This document shows, piece after piece, positions 1 through 10,521 of a DNA stretch of 64,000 bases. The notes below the pieces were generated by a model. The model saw only the letters and a program-made list of their open reading frames with translations. It was not told where the DNA came from and searched no databases. The DNA comes from Sphaerodactylus townsendi (taxonomy: Eukaryota). Within the stretch, counting starts at the first letter, position 1, and each line of letters begins with the position of its first letter. The DNA lies in contig NC_059428.1 of the NCBI RefSeq assembly GCF_021028975.2, forward strand, positions 147,498,001 through 147,562,000. Reading direction: 5' to 3'. Position numbers and translations under genes: made by a program.

Positions 1-3000
1 ACTCTCTCTGCATTGTCAAATGATGGATTTATTTCCCAAATCTGTTTTAGAACCTTCTTGAGAAGCTTTCTTTGTAATCCGATCGTGGTGTAATGGACTC
101 CTGCTTTTGGAAGAAGGATAATCTCCTCTTCCAACCTTCTGGGCGCCATACGGTTCCCAGGGGAGTCCGTTTCGGCTGGCTTCCACTGTTCCAGAGTCCA
201 GAGTCGTAAATAGCAGGATACTTATCAAAGACCGGGCTTTTGGCCTGCTGACCAGTGAGGGTGTTCGAGGCAGTGCTGCTGAGGTCACAGCAGAAATTGG
301 TGCTTGGCCCAAAGAGATTAATTCTCTGTACTTAGCTGTAAGATGGTGGGGCGGGGGGATACCAGGAGCGGAATCGCACATTGCAAAAGAAGTCTTCTGA
401 AACATGGTGTTGGAGCAGCATGCAAAAATAATGAAGGCGCTCCTGTCAGTTCTTGATGCCATTGTTTTTTTCCTGCAAACATCATTTTTGGGGTTGAGAC
501 ACCACACGGCAAAGTTCCAGGGATTTAAGCTCGGCAGCGGCTTCATCTGACGCTTATCTAGACTGGCAGTTTCAGGGAGAGGAAAGGGCCGGATGAAAAC
601 TGTTGAAACAAAAAACCCGTTAGGCCCGTGGACACGTGTGGCCGTTGCTGTTTCAACGAATTGGCTCTTTTGCTTTTTGCAGCTGTGGAAGAATGTACTT
701 CCAAGAAGGGGCGCTGTCTTAGAACTGGACTTTGTTCATAGTTCTGTGCTTTCTTGGCGTGTGTCTCAGAAGTTCAGTATCAGGTATGAAAAAGGTGTCT
801 TAATTTTTTCTACTCGGCGCCTCTCAGAACCTCTCCTTACCTCAGGTGCTGGAGAACGGAGGGAGAGAAGCATATTGGAATGATCTTTGTCATTACCTGG
901 TGGGGCTAAAGAAGGAAAATGACAGGGCAGCCATCAAAGTAGTGGTTTTCGCGGTCTTTCGGCCCTGATAGTTCACTGACTGCACGAGCTTCTCGCTTAT
1001 TGCCTTCTCTGGAGCTTTGAGAGAAACCTGGAAGGAAAAGGCCAGGCAAACAAATTGTCTGTTGATCCATAGTATCTTTTGAAAACATGAATGCCCCTCT
1101 CTTTTTTGAGAGCCTTCTTGACATTGGCATGCAAAGGGTTAGTCCGACCAAACTCCGTTTTGCTCATCTGTTAAGTGCTGCAAACCAGGTGCTTTCTACA
1201 CATCGCAAGGCAAATCGGTGTTTTGGGAACTGTAGTTCTTGAGCGGCTCGAGGGCCGTATTTTCAGTTGCAACCTGCTGCATTTTATACACACCAACACG
1301 ATGAAAAGAACCAGAATATGAGTTCTAGTAAAAACAAAGTTCAACAAAGATGGATGTTCAGTATAAATACACCTGCGTAAAAGCCTTCCTCAGTCCAGTC
1401 TATCTTCCTATCCCCCTACCGCACTTCTTTGGGGGGGGGGGGGATTTAATTCAACTCTGGTTTCCCCTCGTCCTCTGAAGAAATGAAAAAGGAGGATTTG
1501 CTTGTGCTGGTATGCCAAAAAAAAGAGAGAGAAAAATCCCAAGCAGGCTGTTTGCTTCCTGTGGCAGCGGCTGCCCAAGAGTAGCCGGATGAATTGTTTT
1601 AATAAAATGTTGCTTTTTGTAATGACGATATACTTGATTAGAATCCCACTGGACTTCTTTTTTTTTTTTGCGTTTTGGTGGTTCATATGCAGTACTTAAG
1701 TTTTGTCGTGAACACTCTAAGCACAGGCACGCTCCGCAGCTAACTTTTCCTTTGTAATTCCCTCCTCCCCATTTTTTTTTTAAAAACAGCTTTGTTAATT
1801 CTCTTTAAAATAATTTAAAACCTGTATAGTATTCAAAGCACGCCGTGTAAATATTTATTACTCAAAAACTAGTGGAGGGTTCTTTTGTTTTTGGTGACTA
1901 TTTTTTTTTCAGATCTTGTTCTAATACAATGTCCTTTCAACTTGGAAAAGGAAATTAGTGTATCCTGATAAACTGTGTTCCCTTCCAGACCGTTTTGTTT
2001 GAATGTTATATATTTTTTAAAAATTCTGATACCTTTTTAGTTTTGCAAATAGCCTGTCCAAAGAACATGTGAAGTCTTTCAGAACTTTAAAATTACTTAT
2101 CTTTACACTGATTTTCTTCCCTGTACAGTAATCTTATAAGTTGACAGTGGTATAAACTCTTGAGTGTGCAGATTTACTATATTTCTGTAGCGGTAATGGT
2201 GGTAGCAGCTACTCTGACACTAAGCATACACCAATATCCTTGCATGGTAACACTGTTACAAAAGTGAATTAAGGTTCCCATATATTAGGTCCAAGAGCCT
2301 TACTATGCTGTAGCCGTACAGGGACGTTGATGTCTACGAGGATTTCTGCAGACAACTTGTGTAGATGCTGATTCTATCCCGTCCCTTCCAAATTTCATGG
2401 CATGGAATTGTGACAGCATGGCAGAATAGTGTTAGTTTAAGATGACCGTTCAATTTACAGTTACACTTCCATTAACAGCTGAGCTGAGCCTTTACCACTA
2501 GAATATGGGGGGAAAAACCTTAGACATAGAGATACCAGTACTGCATGACTTGAGAAATAGTGAGGTCACCATATACAGTTGGCGTTTTGCTTTTGCTGGT
2601 GGTATTCAAGCAGCCCAGCCCAAAGCCATGCTTAGGAATCTACTAGATGGTGCATGAAACGGGGGGGAAAGGGATTTTGACAATAGATCCAGTTTGCCCA
2701 GTGTAGATGGGCTCAGAGAAGTAATTTGGATTAGGCATGAAAAAAGACATGCGCAGCCACCGTAGCTTAAAATTGCAACGTTCCTCTGTAATTAATTTTT
2801 AAAAGCCAGCCTCAAAATCCACATGCTGGGTTTGAGTGACGAGAGCATATAGTGGTATATTTCTCCGACACGGTACTAGTTTGGACAGGATGGCCTCGAC
2901 GGACTAACCACCACTGTAGTCTGGAAAGAAAGGGAGTAGGGAGGCTATCAACTTGCCTAGGTGACAAGCAGACCCGTGCTCTGTCAGGACAGTTGATGCT

Positions 3001-3450
3001 CTTGAAAAATCAAAGTCGGAGGATCGTGTTTTATTCCCAGTGCTCAGCAAGATTCCGAGGCAAAAATGAGGCCATAGCGGGTGGCGATAATGCAAAACCA
3101 CGAGAGACGCACATTCAAACAAAATCGCTGCAATGAGGAAAGGAGCTTTGGTCTCCACAACCCTGCCTGTATGATTCCGTTCATTTTCATTTGGCAAAGA
3201 ATTGTGAATTTCCTGCTGGGAGTATGAAAAGTATCTTCCTCTTTATTTTCACGCTTTGAAAAGAGCGGTCTCCCTCTTCAGCGGTTCACTGTAATAGAAT
3301 TGTCACTTATGTCGCAGTATTTATTCCTTACAAAATCTTGTGTGACATGCTAGGGGTCCCATGGATGTAGCGCTGATGATTTTTATTTTGTAAATATAAT
3401 TACTTTACTATACATAAAACTATATCGTAATAAACTATTTTTGCACCACT
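1..3450 (+). other. Probable distal 3' UTR of the upstream gene (MPRIP by synteny)
   Basis: TE-free, AT/U-rich tract at 1400-3450 ending in AATAAA (3429, 3490); MPRIP converges on PLD6 in other amniotes. No MPRIP coding exon is visible. Confidence 0.4.
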
Positions 3451-3809
3451 CTTGGCATGCTTTGGAGAAGATTTTTGTTTCAGACAGTTAATAAAAAGGT
3501 CAGGAATTACCAGTCCAGTGGTCTTGGCATCCCTCACTGTGTCCCTGCCCTTGCGAAATGCAATAGTTGGCATTAGGAAACCCCAAGCCATAATGTCAGA
3601 ATGCACGCTTTACTCCATCAAAAGCTTTGGCACGCCAGCACCCACCTCGTCAAAGAGAGTGTGTGTGCATCTGCTTGGCAGAAGCAATTGTTAAATGTCA
3701 TGGTGGCACCTTAAAAGAGAAACAATTTATTCTTCAGAACAGCAGCCCAGTCTAGTGGTTGTTTGCACAGCAATGGGGGATTGAGGGGTACATCTTGTGC
3801 CCGGGTTAA

Positions 3810-4090
3810 AATAGAAGAAGAGTCTGGATTTATACCCCCTTTCTCTCCAGTAAGGAGACTCAAAAGGGCTTACAATATCCTTTCCCTTCCCCCCTCACAA
3901 CAAGCAACACCCTGTGAGGTGGGGCTGAGAGCTGAAGAACTGGACTAGCCCAAGGTCACCTAGCTGGCGTGTGTTGGAGTGCACAGGCTAATCTAGTTCC
4001 CCAGATATGTCTCTATAGCTCAAGTGGCAGAGCAGGGAATCAAACCCAGTTCTCCCAATTAAAGTGCACCTGCTCTTAACCACTATGCCC
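3810..4090 (-). mobile_element. tRNA-derived squamate SINE (Squam3-like)
   Basis: Head GTGTAGTGGTTAAGAGCAGGTG..GGTTTGATTCC, body CTCTCAGCCCCACC..CACAGGGTG, (CTT)n tail. Other copies: ~11320-11590(-), 14640-15080(-), 29433-29733(-), 45111-45342(-), 56201-56340(+), 61005-61215(+), 63886-64000(+). Confidence 0.75.
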
Positions 4091-4377
4091 ACCATCATGC
4101 CGCAAGCTACATGGGCATGGAAAGGTTTGAACCCTCTTCTCCACAATACAGGGATGTCAGGAGCTCCAGGCCACAGCTGGAGGTTGGCGACTCTGTCATC
4201 CAGCTCCATCCCACATCGACTCGCCAGTTGACTTTTCATGGCACAACTTTCTACTTGCTGTCCTTGATTTGACAGTGGCTGGCCTCAAATGTGGACGGTC
4301 CGGATGCTCTTGGAAGATTGTAGCGCACGTATCCCACACGTATCCGAATTCTCTCTCGTTCATGAAGCTTTGCACCC

Positions 4378-6400
4378 TGACCTAGATGGTCCAGCCTACC
4401 CCACTCTCATCTGAAGTGAAGAAGGATCAGCACTGGTCAGGACTTGAATAGGAGACTGCCAAAGAAGTCCAGGGGTCACGACGCAGAGGAAGCAAGAACA
4501 AACCGTCTCTTGCCCTGGCAACCTTGCAGGGCTGCCATAAGTCAGCTCACAGAACTTCAAGTCTGCCACTTGAGATTAAAAATTATTCCTGTTCAGATGC
4601 TAGGTTGAGTTTTATGCAAAGGTTGAACAGCAACAGATTATTCCTAGGGAAAAAAGGCTCGTGCAGCAAAATGTAGGACTTATATATTTTATTGAAACTC
4701 AAGTTTCACAAAAGTACTGCGATTTTGTGAATTCCAGTCACAGGAAAAACATGATATTGCAGATGAATTTATTACACAGTATATTATGAAAAGAGCGTGT
4801 GTGTTTGAAATATGTACAATTTTTACTGAACACAGAAACTGAATAAATCTGCTCTGAAGCTTATTGTGCCTTTGAGGCGGCAATGAAAATCTAGCAGTGT
4901 CTTAAACCACAGACACATGCAACCATGATTGCTTGTCCAAAAACATTAAAACCAGGTTTCCCTGCTTGGGGAAGGAGACAGCTATTTTACTTGGCTGCAT
5001 GGGTTACAGACTGAACATAACTTACGAACATCATCAACAAAATCAATAGAAACCCATGAAAATCACCTAGTAAAATTCTGTAGAGATCTTTCCTGTATAG
5101 GAAAACAAACCTAGCTCTACTTGGAAAAAAAAATCTTTAAACCACAGTGAAAAAAAACTCTTAACTTGCAGAGATCACTGTTTAAGAACTTAAAAGATGT
5201 CAAGCTCTTAAAATCCATCTACGTTTCCCCCTACTGTTTTAAATTTTAACACAAATATTGCTGGGAGAAAAGTCCCTAGCAAAAAAAAAAAGTGATGGGC
5301 AAACTATGATGCAATTATTAAGCAAAGAACATGGGACGAAAAAGGTTTTCTCGGGTTTTGAAGGACACTCTCCCCCGCCCCGCTCCACCAAATGCACAAG
5401 ACTTCTTTCCAGACACACCAAACCTTTCTCTTACATTTGAAGCAAGCCATCTTTTGATACGATGATGGCCTTTAGATGAGGGGGAAATGGCACCGTTGGC
5501 AAGTTATCAATGCCTTCCACAAAAGTCCAGGGGTTTGCAGATTCCCTTCAAATGCAAAATTTAAGTTTGCCTTTTCAGAACAAGGCCTGCTTATCTAGAG
5601 AAACAGCCCAATGAATTGGCGCAAACGCCCCCAAACTAAAAACAGCTTCTTTTATTTTAGCACCATTGTAGGAAACTGACTGCCATGAACAAAACATTGC
5701 CCTAAATTATATTAACCCATCCCTAGACAAACCTACAGGTTATATAACACTGAAAGATTATGATCACACTCCAATGCAGGCAAATATCATCTACCCATCT
5801 GAAAACAAAGCACTTCTGACCTGTGAAGAAAAGGTGCCAAGATGTGTTAAGGCCCCATCACCACCAAAAAGAAAGGGCTCTGCAGGGTAGTGGAAATTCA
5901 CTTTTCCTAGCTTTGCAGAACTAGTCAGACAAACATGGTCCAAGAAGCAATCATCTTTTCTGGCCCATTACAGGCGTTCCTGAATTACTGGAAGCCAACC
6001 CGGAGAGCGTTCAGGGGGCCACACTTATAGTAGTAAGTTGCAGCCCTCCATGGATACTCAAGACTCCTGTTCTTTCCTGCCAGTCCTTGGAGCTAAAGCA
6101 ATAGTGTTCTGACGGGGAAGGCCATAGCAAGAAATTTCCCCAAGCACCACCAAGAAATCCTGGGCTAGTTTCAAGACTCAGAGGATGACAAAGTCAGACT
6201 GCGAACGGTGGACATGAGGTGAGACTTGTACGTCTTGCTGAGGCCCGTCATCCAGAACTTCAGGAGTTTCACATTGTCCTCCTCGGTGGCGCCCCAAATG
6301 CTCAGCAGCTTCTGGGTATCCTCCTTGGGCCGGCTGTCTACTCTGGAGAATTTGAAGAGAACCTTCCCTTTACCATTTAATGCAGTTTAAAAAGAAGCAG
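4378..6400 (-). repeat. Segmental duplicate of the FLCN 3' flank, 3' UTR and last exon (source ~10912-13370)
   Basis: Colinear direct homology, roughly 80% by eye in the UTR part, e.g. 6121-6164 vs 13097-13140. Confidence 0.92.
6165..6372 (-). pseudogene. FLCN: Pseudo-exon copy of the FLCN terminal coding exon
   Basis: 208 nt, 14 mismatches vs 13141-13348; translates [66 protein letters not shown]; acceptor AG>GG; CGA>TGA two codons before the normal stop. Confidence 0.9.
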
Positions 6401-6522
6401 AATATAATATTCCCAAATGCAATTTAAAAAATTACAACAAAAACAAAACAGCTGAGCGACAAACCCACAATTAACAAACTTTTTTCAACTCCCATTCTTA
6501 TTTATTTACTAGTGATAAAATA

Positions 6523-6809
6523 TTATTTTTTCAACTGCCTTTTCCTCTCGGGCTCACATTTGTTCTCTTTTCGTACCTCTTTGGAGAAGAAGTTGTAATT
6601 GGCTGGATCATAGTCTTCCCAAAGCTTTTCAAATTCCGCTTGATAACATTTCACCCACTCGGCGTCTTCGACTATCAAAACGTTCTCCCTGTTCTGCTGG
6701 ATGGCTTGCGAAGTCCAATTGAGGGATCCTGTGAGCAGCCACCTCTTGTCTATGATGGCAAATTTATGGTGCATGTAGCCGCTTTCCTGATCATGACGTA
6801 CCGGAATCC
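6523..6809 (-). CDS. PLD6: PLD6 (MitoPLD/Zucchini) coding exon 2
   Basis: [33 protein letters not shown] contains the HKD motif; AG acceptor at 6810-6811; TAA at 6523-6525. Confidence 0.95.
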
Positions 6810-7596
6810 CTGCACACACAGAACAGACCTGTTACAATTTTTCTAAGATCTGGCTTCTAGGTGTGTATCTACTGCTAACAAACGAGCATTTAAAAAACAG
6901 CATGGGGAAGTCTGGACTAAGGAAGAGCAAAAACATTTCTAAATAAGAATGAAAATGAATGAAAGGGCATGGATTTTGTTTTACAGGCTGGGAATAAAGC
7001 AATGGCGTGAACATGAAACCCTCAAAAAGGAAAACCAGGCTGAAGCTGATTCGCTAGGAAGGCAGAGCAACGGCCACAGATCTACCTTACAGGGCTGTAA
7101 TAACAGTCCCTGAGATGAGTGGAGAGTGGTAGGGTGAGCAAGCATGGCAGTTAGGGGTAGGGATGCCAGCCTCCAGGAGGGGCCTGGAGATCTCCTGGAG
7201 TTGCAAGAGATCTCTGGATGAAAAAGATCAATTCTCCTGGAGAAAAAGGCACCTGGGGGGAAAGGCTCCTGTGGCGTTGATGTCCTTCACCTCCCGATTC
7301 CACCCTCCTTGTGTGCCACACCCCAACATTTTCCCCAACCCGAGATGGCCATCCCAGTTAAGGAAGGATGTCAGATGAGGAACATGGACATACAGCTGGG
7401 AATCCACCCAGTCTGTCAGACCATCTTTATCTTTATATATAGTGTGTATATATATATGTACATATATGTGTGAGTGTATATGTATAGGTTAATAACCCTT
7501 TCTGCTCACTATGGTGAGTGTATATGTATAGCACATACACAGCATATAAATACACGCACACACTACGTATAGTGTGTATCTGTAGTGTGTGTGTAT

Positions 7597-7622
7597 ACAC
7601 ACACACACACACACACACACAC
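7597..7622. repeat. (CA)n microsatellite within a TA/CA low-complexity tract
   Basis: Seen directly. Confidence 0.9.
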
Positions 7623-7630
7623 GCTATATA

Positions 7631-7862
7631 CCGTGTTTCCCCGAATATAAGACAGTGTCTTATATTAATTTTTGCTCCCAAAGATGCGCTATGTCTTATT
7701 TTCAGGGGATGTCTTATTTTTCTGTGTTCTGTTCGTCGGGCATGCTTCCCAACAAAAACTTTGCTATGTCTTACTTTTGGGGGATGCCTTATATTTCGCA
7801 CTTCAGCAAAACCTCTACTATGTCTTATTTTTAGGGGATGTCTTATATTCGGGGAAACAGGG
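7631..7862. mobile_element. Tc1/mariner-type MITE
   Basis: TIR CCGTGTTTCCCCGAATATAAGACA / TGTCTTATATTCGGGGAAACAGGG; TA on both flanks. Confidence 0.8.
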
Positions 7863-8440
7863 TAGAGATTGTGATATAGTGTGTGTGTGTATCAGCAGGG
7901 TCTCATAGCATATAAATACACTAAAAATCAGCAGGGCCTCATAAGTATATAAATACACGGACACAACATGTATAAAGTGTGTATCTGTAGAGCGTGTGTA
8001 TACACACACGAGCTATATAGAGACATGCTATATAGCGTGTGTATATATGTCCAGTTGAATTGCACTAGTCCAGCAGTATCCAACATACATACATACATTG
8101 TATAGTGTGTATATTTCAATCTGCTGGATCAAAAAAAAGTAAACACAAGGAAGCTATAAACCTGATACAGAAACATAGGCCAGTCACACACACACAAACA
8201 TACATAACTCAACCTGACCTACCAGACAGGGTTGTCATAAGGCTGAAAAAAGACCTACCAGACAGGATCAGAAGGGGTGTGCTCCCCCAATAAAAATCAG
8301 CAGGGTCTCATAGTCTTCCAACTTCATAGTTCCCCTATTCCTATCACCCTTTTCAGTTTCATTTCCTTTTACTATTTACGTTTCTACCCAGTCCTCCTTG
8401 CTATATCTTCCACACCCCTCCCAGTGCCTGTACCTTCACA

Positions 8441-8672
8441 CCGTGTTTCCTCGAAAATAAGACAGTGTCTTATATTGATTTTTGCTCCCAAAGATGCGCT
8501 ATGTCTTATTTTCAGGGGATGTCTTATTTTTCTGTGTTCTGTTTGTCGGGCATGCTTCCCAACAAAAACTATGCTACGTCTTACTTTCGGGGGATGCCTT
8601 ATATTTCGCACTTCAGCAAAACTTCTGCTACGTCTTATTTTCAGTGGATGTCTTATATTCAGGGAAACAGGG
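8441..8672. mobile_element. Second copy of the same Tc1/mariner-type MITE
   Basis: Near-identical to 7631-7862. Confidence 0.8.
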
Positions 8673-9676
8673 TATAAGCATCTTTTATACGTGCTTCCAT
8701 ATTTTTTACCAGCAAATTCTTTTAAGGATATATATTTCAAATGTACCTCGCTTTAAAAAAATCTTATCTACTTGATGACTAACGTGGGTGTTTTGTTAAA
8801 AGGATTATTTTTTAAAAGATAGACTAGGTCCAGGTTTGAAGGAACCTCTGGATACAAGCCAAAAAATTGCATGTGTCCAATGGAATCGCATGTGCCCAAG
8901 GAATTGCATGTGTCCAGTAGGATAAGAGCTGGCATGGCCCAGCTCTAGTGGATAGAGTAGGGGTGGCCAACCTATGGTATTCCAGATGTTCATGGACTAC
9001 AATTCCCATCAGCCATGCTGGCAGTTGATGGGAATTGTAGTCCATGAACATATGGAGCACCATAGGTTGGCCATCCCTAGGCGAGAGTGTTGGACTGGAA
9101 CCCTGGTAGACCTGACTTCAAATCCCCCCTTCTATCATGGCATCTGAAGGCTCGTTACAAACTCTTAGTCTGGCCTAACCTTACAGGTTGTTGTTATAGG
9201 GGCAACGAGCAAGGGACCAATGATGTTCTAAGCCACTTTTGAGTCCCGGCTGGGGAAACAAGTGGGATTTCAACCAATAAGCGCAAATGAATATGTAGAT
9301 GAGGAGAGGAGTGGGTGGTTTGAGACGGATGAATGGGAGGGGGCAGGGGTTAAAAGAAGGCGGCTTGGGGGGCATTATCCTTATTCATAGGTGTCAAACT
9401 CGCAGCCCTCCAGATGTTATGGACTACAGTTCCCATCATCCCCTGCCAGCATCATGCTGGCCATGCTGGCGGGGCTGATGGGATTTGTAGTCCATGAACA
9501 TCTGGAGAGCCGCAGGTTGCAGACCCCAGAAATATACCAATAAAAATATTTTTTAAAGGTGCAAGGGTCTTTGTTCTTTTAGCATCTGGAGGGGCCGCGT
9601 GTCTGACACCTGCGGATGAGAGAGAGATCCTTCCCAGTCCGGCCATCCCGCCACGTGGAGGGTCTCGCCCCAGTAC

Positions 9677-10082
9677 CGGCCAGGCGGAGGGCGCCGATCT
9701 GGGAGCCCCGGAGGGCCATGTAGTCGGCGTCGGTGATCACCCGGATGCGGACGCCTCGGTGGTGGAGGAGCAGGAGGACGCGGCGGAGCTGGTGGCTGGA
9801 GAAGGCGAAGAGGCAGAGGTCGAGCGAACGGCGGGCGCTGAGCAGGCGGGCCACCAGGCGGCCGAGCGAGGTCCGGTCGTCGTGGGGCAGCGAGCACAAG
9901 CACGGGGCCCCGCCCTCGGCGGCCGCTATCTGCCCCTCGACGCACGACAGGCGCGACGGGAAGAACAGCGCCTCCCGCAGCCGCCGCGCCTCCCGCCGCC
10001 TCAGCAGCCACTCGACCAGCAGCTCGCAGCCGACGGCCGCCGCCACCGACGCCAGGCCCCACCACAGCCCACGTGGCGCCAT
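9677..10082 (-). CDS. PLD6: PLD6 coding exon 1
   Basis: [22 protein letters not shown] (membrane anchor), REALFFPS..C..CxCxLPH (CCCH zinc motif), [23 protein letters not shown]; GT donor at 9675-9676; 406+287=693 nt. Confidence 0.93.
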
Positions 10083-10115
10083 CGCTCCCGCCGCCGCCGC
10101 CCCTCCGGCTGCCCC

Positions 10116-10521
10116 TGCGCATGCGCCGCGCTCAACCGCCGCCAACGGGTTCTCCCGCGCTTCCCCCCCTCGCCTCCTTATTGGTGGGGATGGCAGAGGG
10201 CCTAAGGACTCCGCCTCAACACCTTCCCGCTGCGCATGCGCCTCGCTCAACTGCTGTCAACGGATCCGCCCCCCCCCTCCTTATTGGTGAGGATGGCAGA
10301 GCGCCTCTCCTTAAGGACGCCGCCTCAACACCTCCCGGCTGCGCATGCGCCTCTCCCAACCGCCGTCAACGGATTCTCCCGCGTTCCCCCGCCCCTTCCT
10401 TATTGGTGGGGATGGCAGAGCGCCTAACACCTCCCCGCTGCGCACGCGCCGCATTCAACCGCCGCCAACGGGTTCTCCCGCGCTTTCCTCCCCCTCGCCT
10501 CCTCGTTGGTGGGGATGGCAG
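10116..10521 (-). promoter_or_regulatory. PLD6 promoter: four tandem ~100-115 bp units with NRF1, MYB and CCAAT motifs
   Basis: TGCGCATGCGC at 10116, 10231, 10340 (TGCGCACGCGC at 10439), each followed by CAACYG..CAACGG, then ATTGG in units 1-3 (GTTGG in unit 4). Confidence 0.75.

Noticed and set aside
7433-8775. Repeated CLIFRG/IRHP ORFs
   Set aside because: Translations of MITE subterminal repeats
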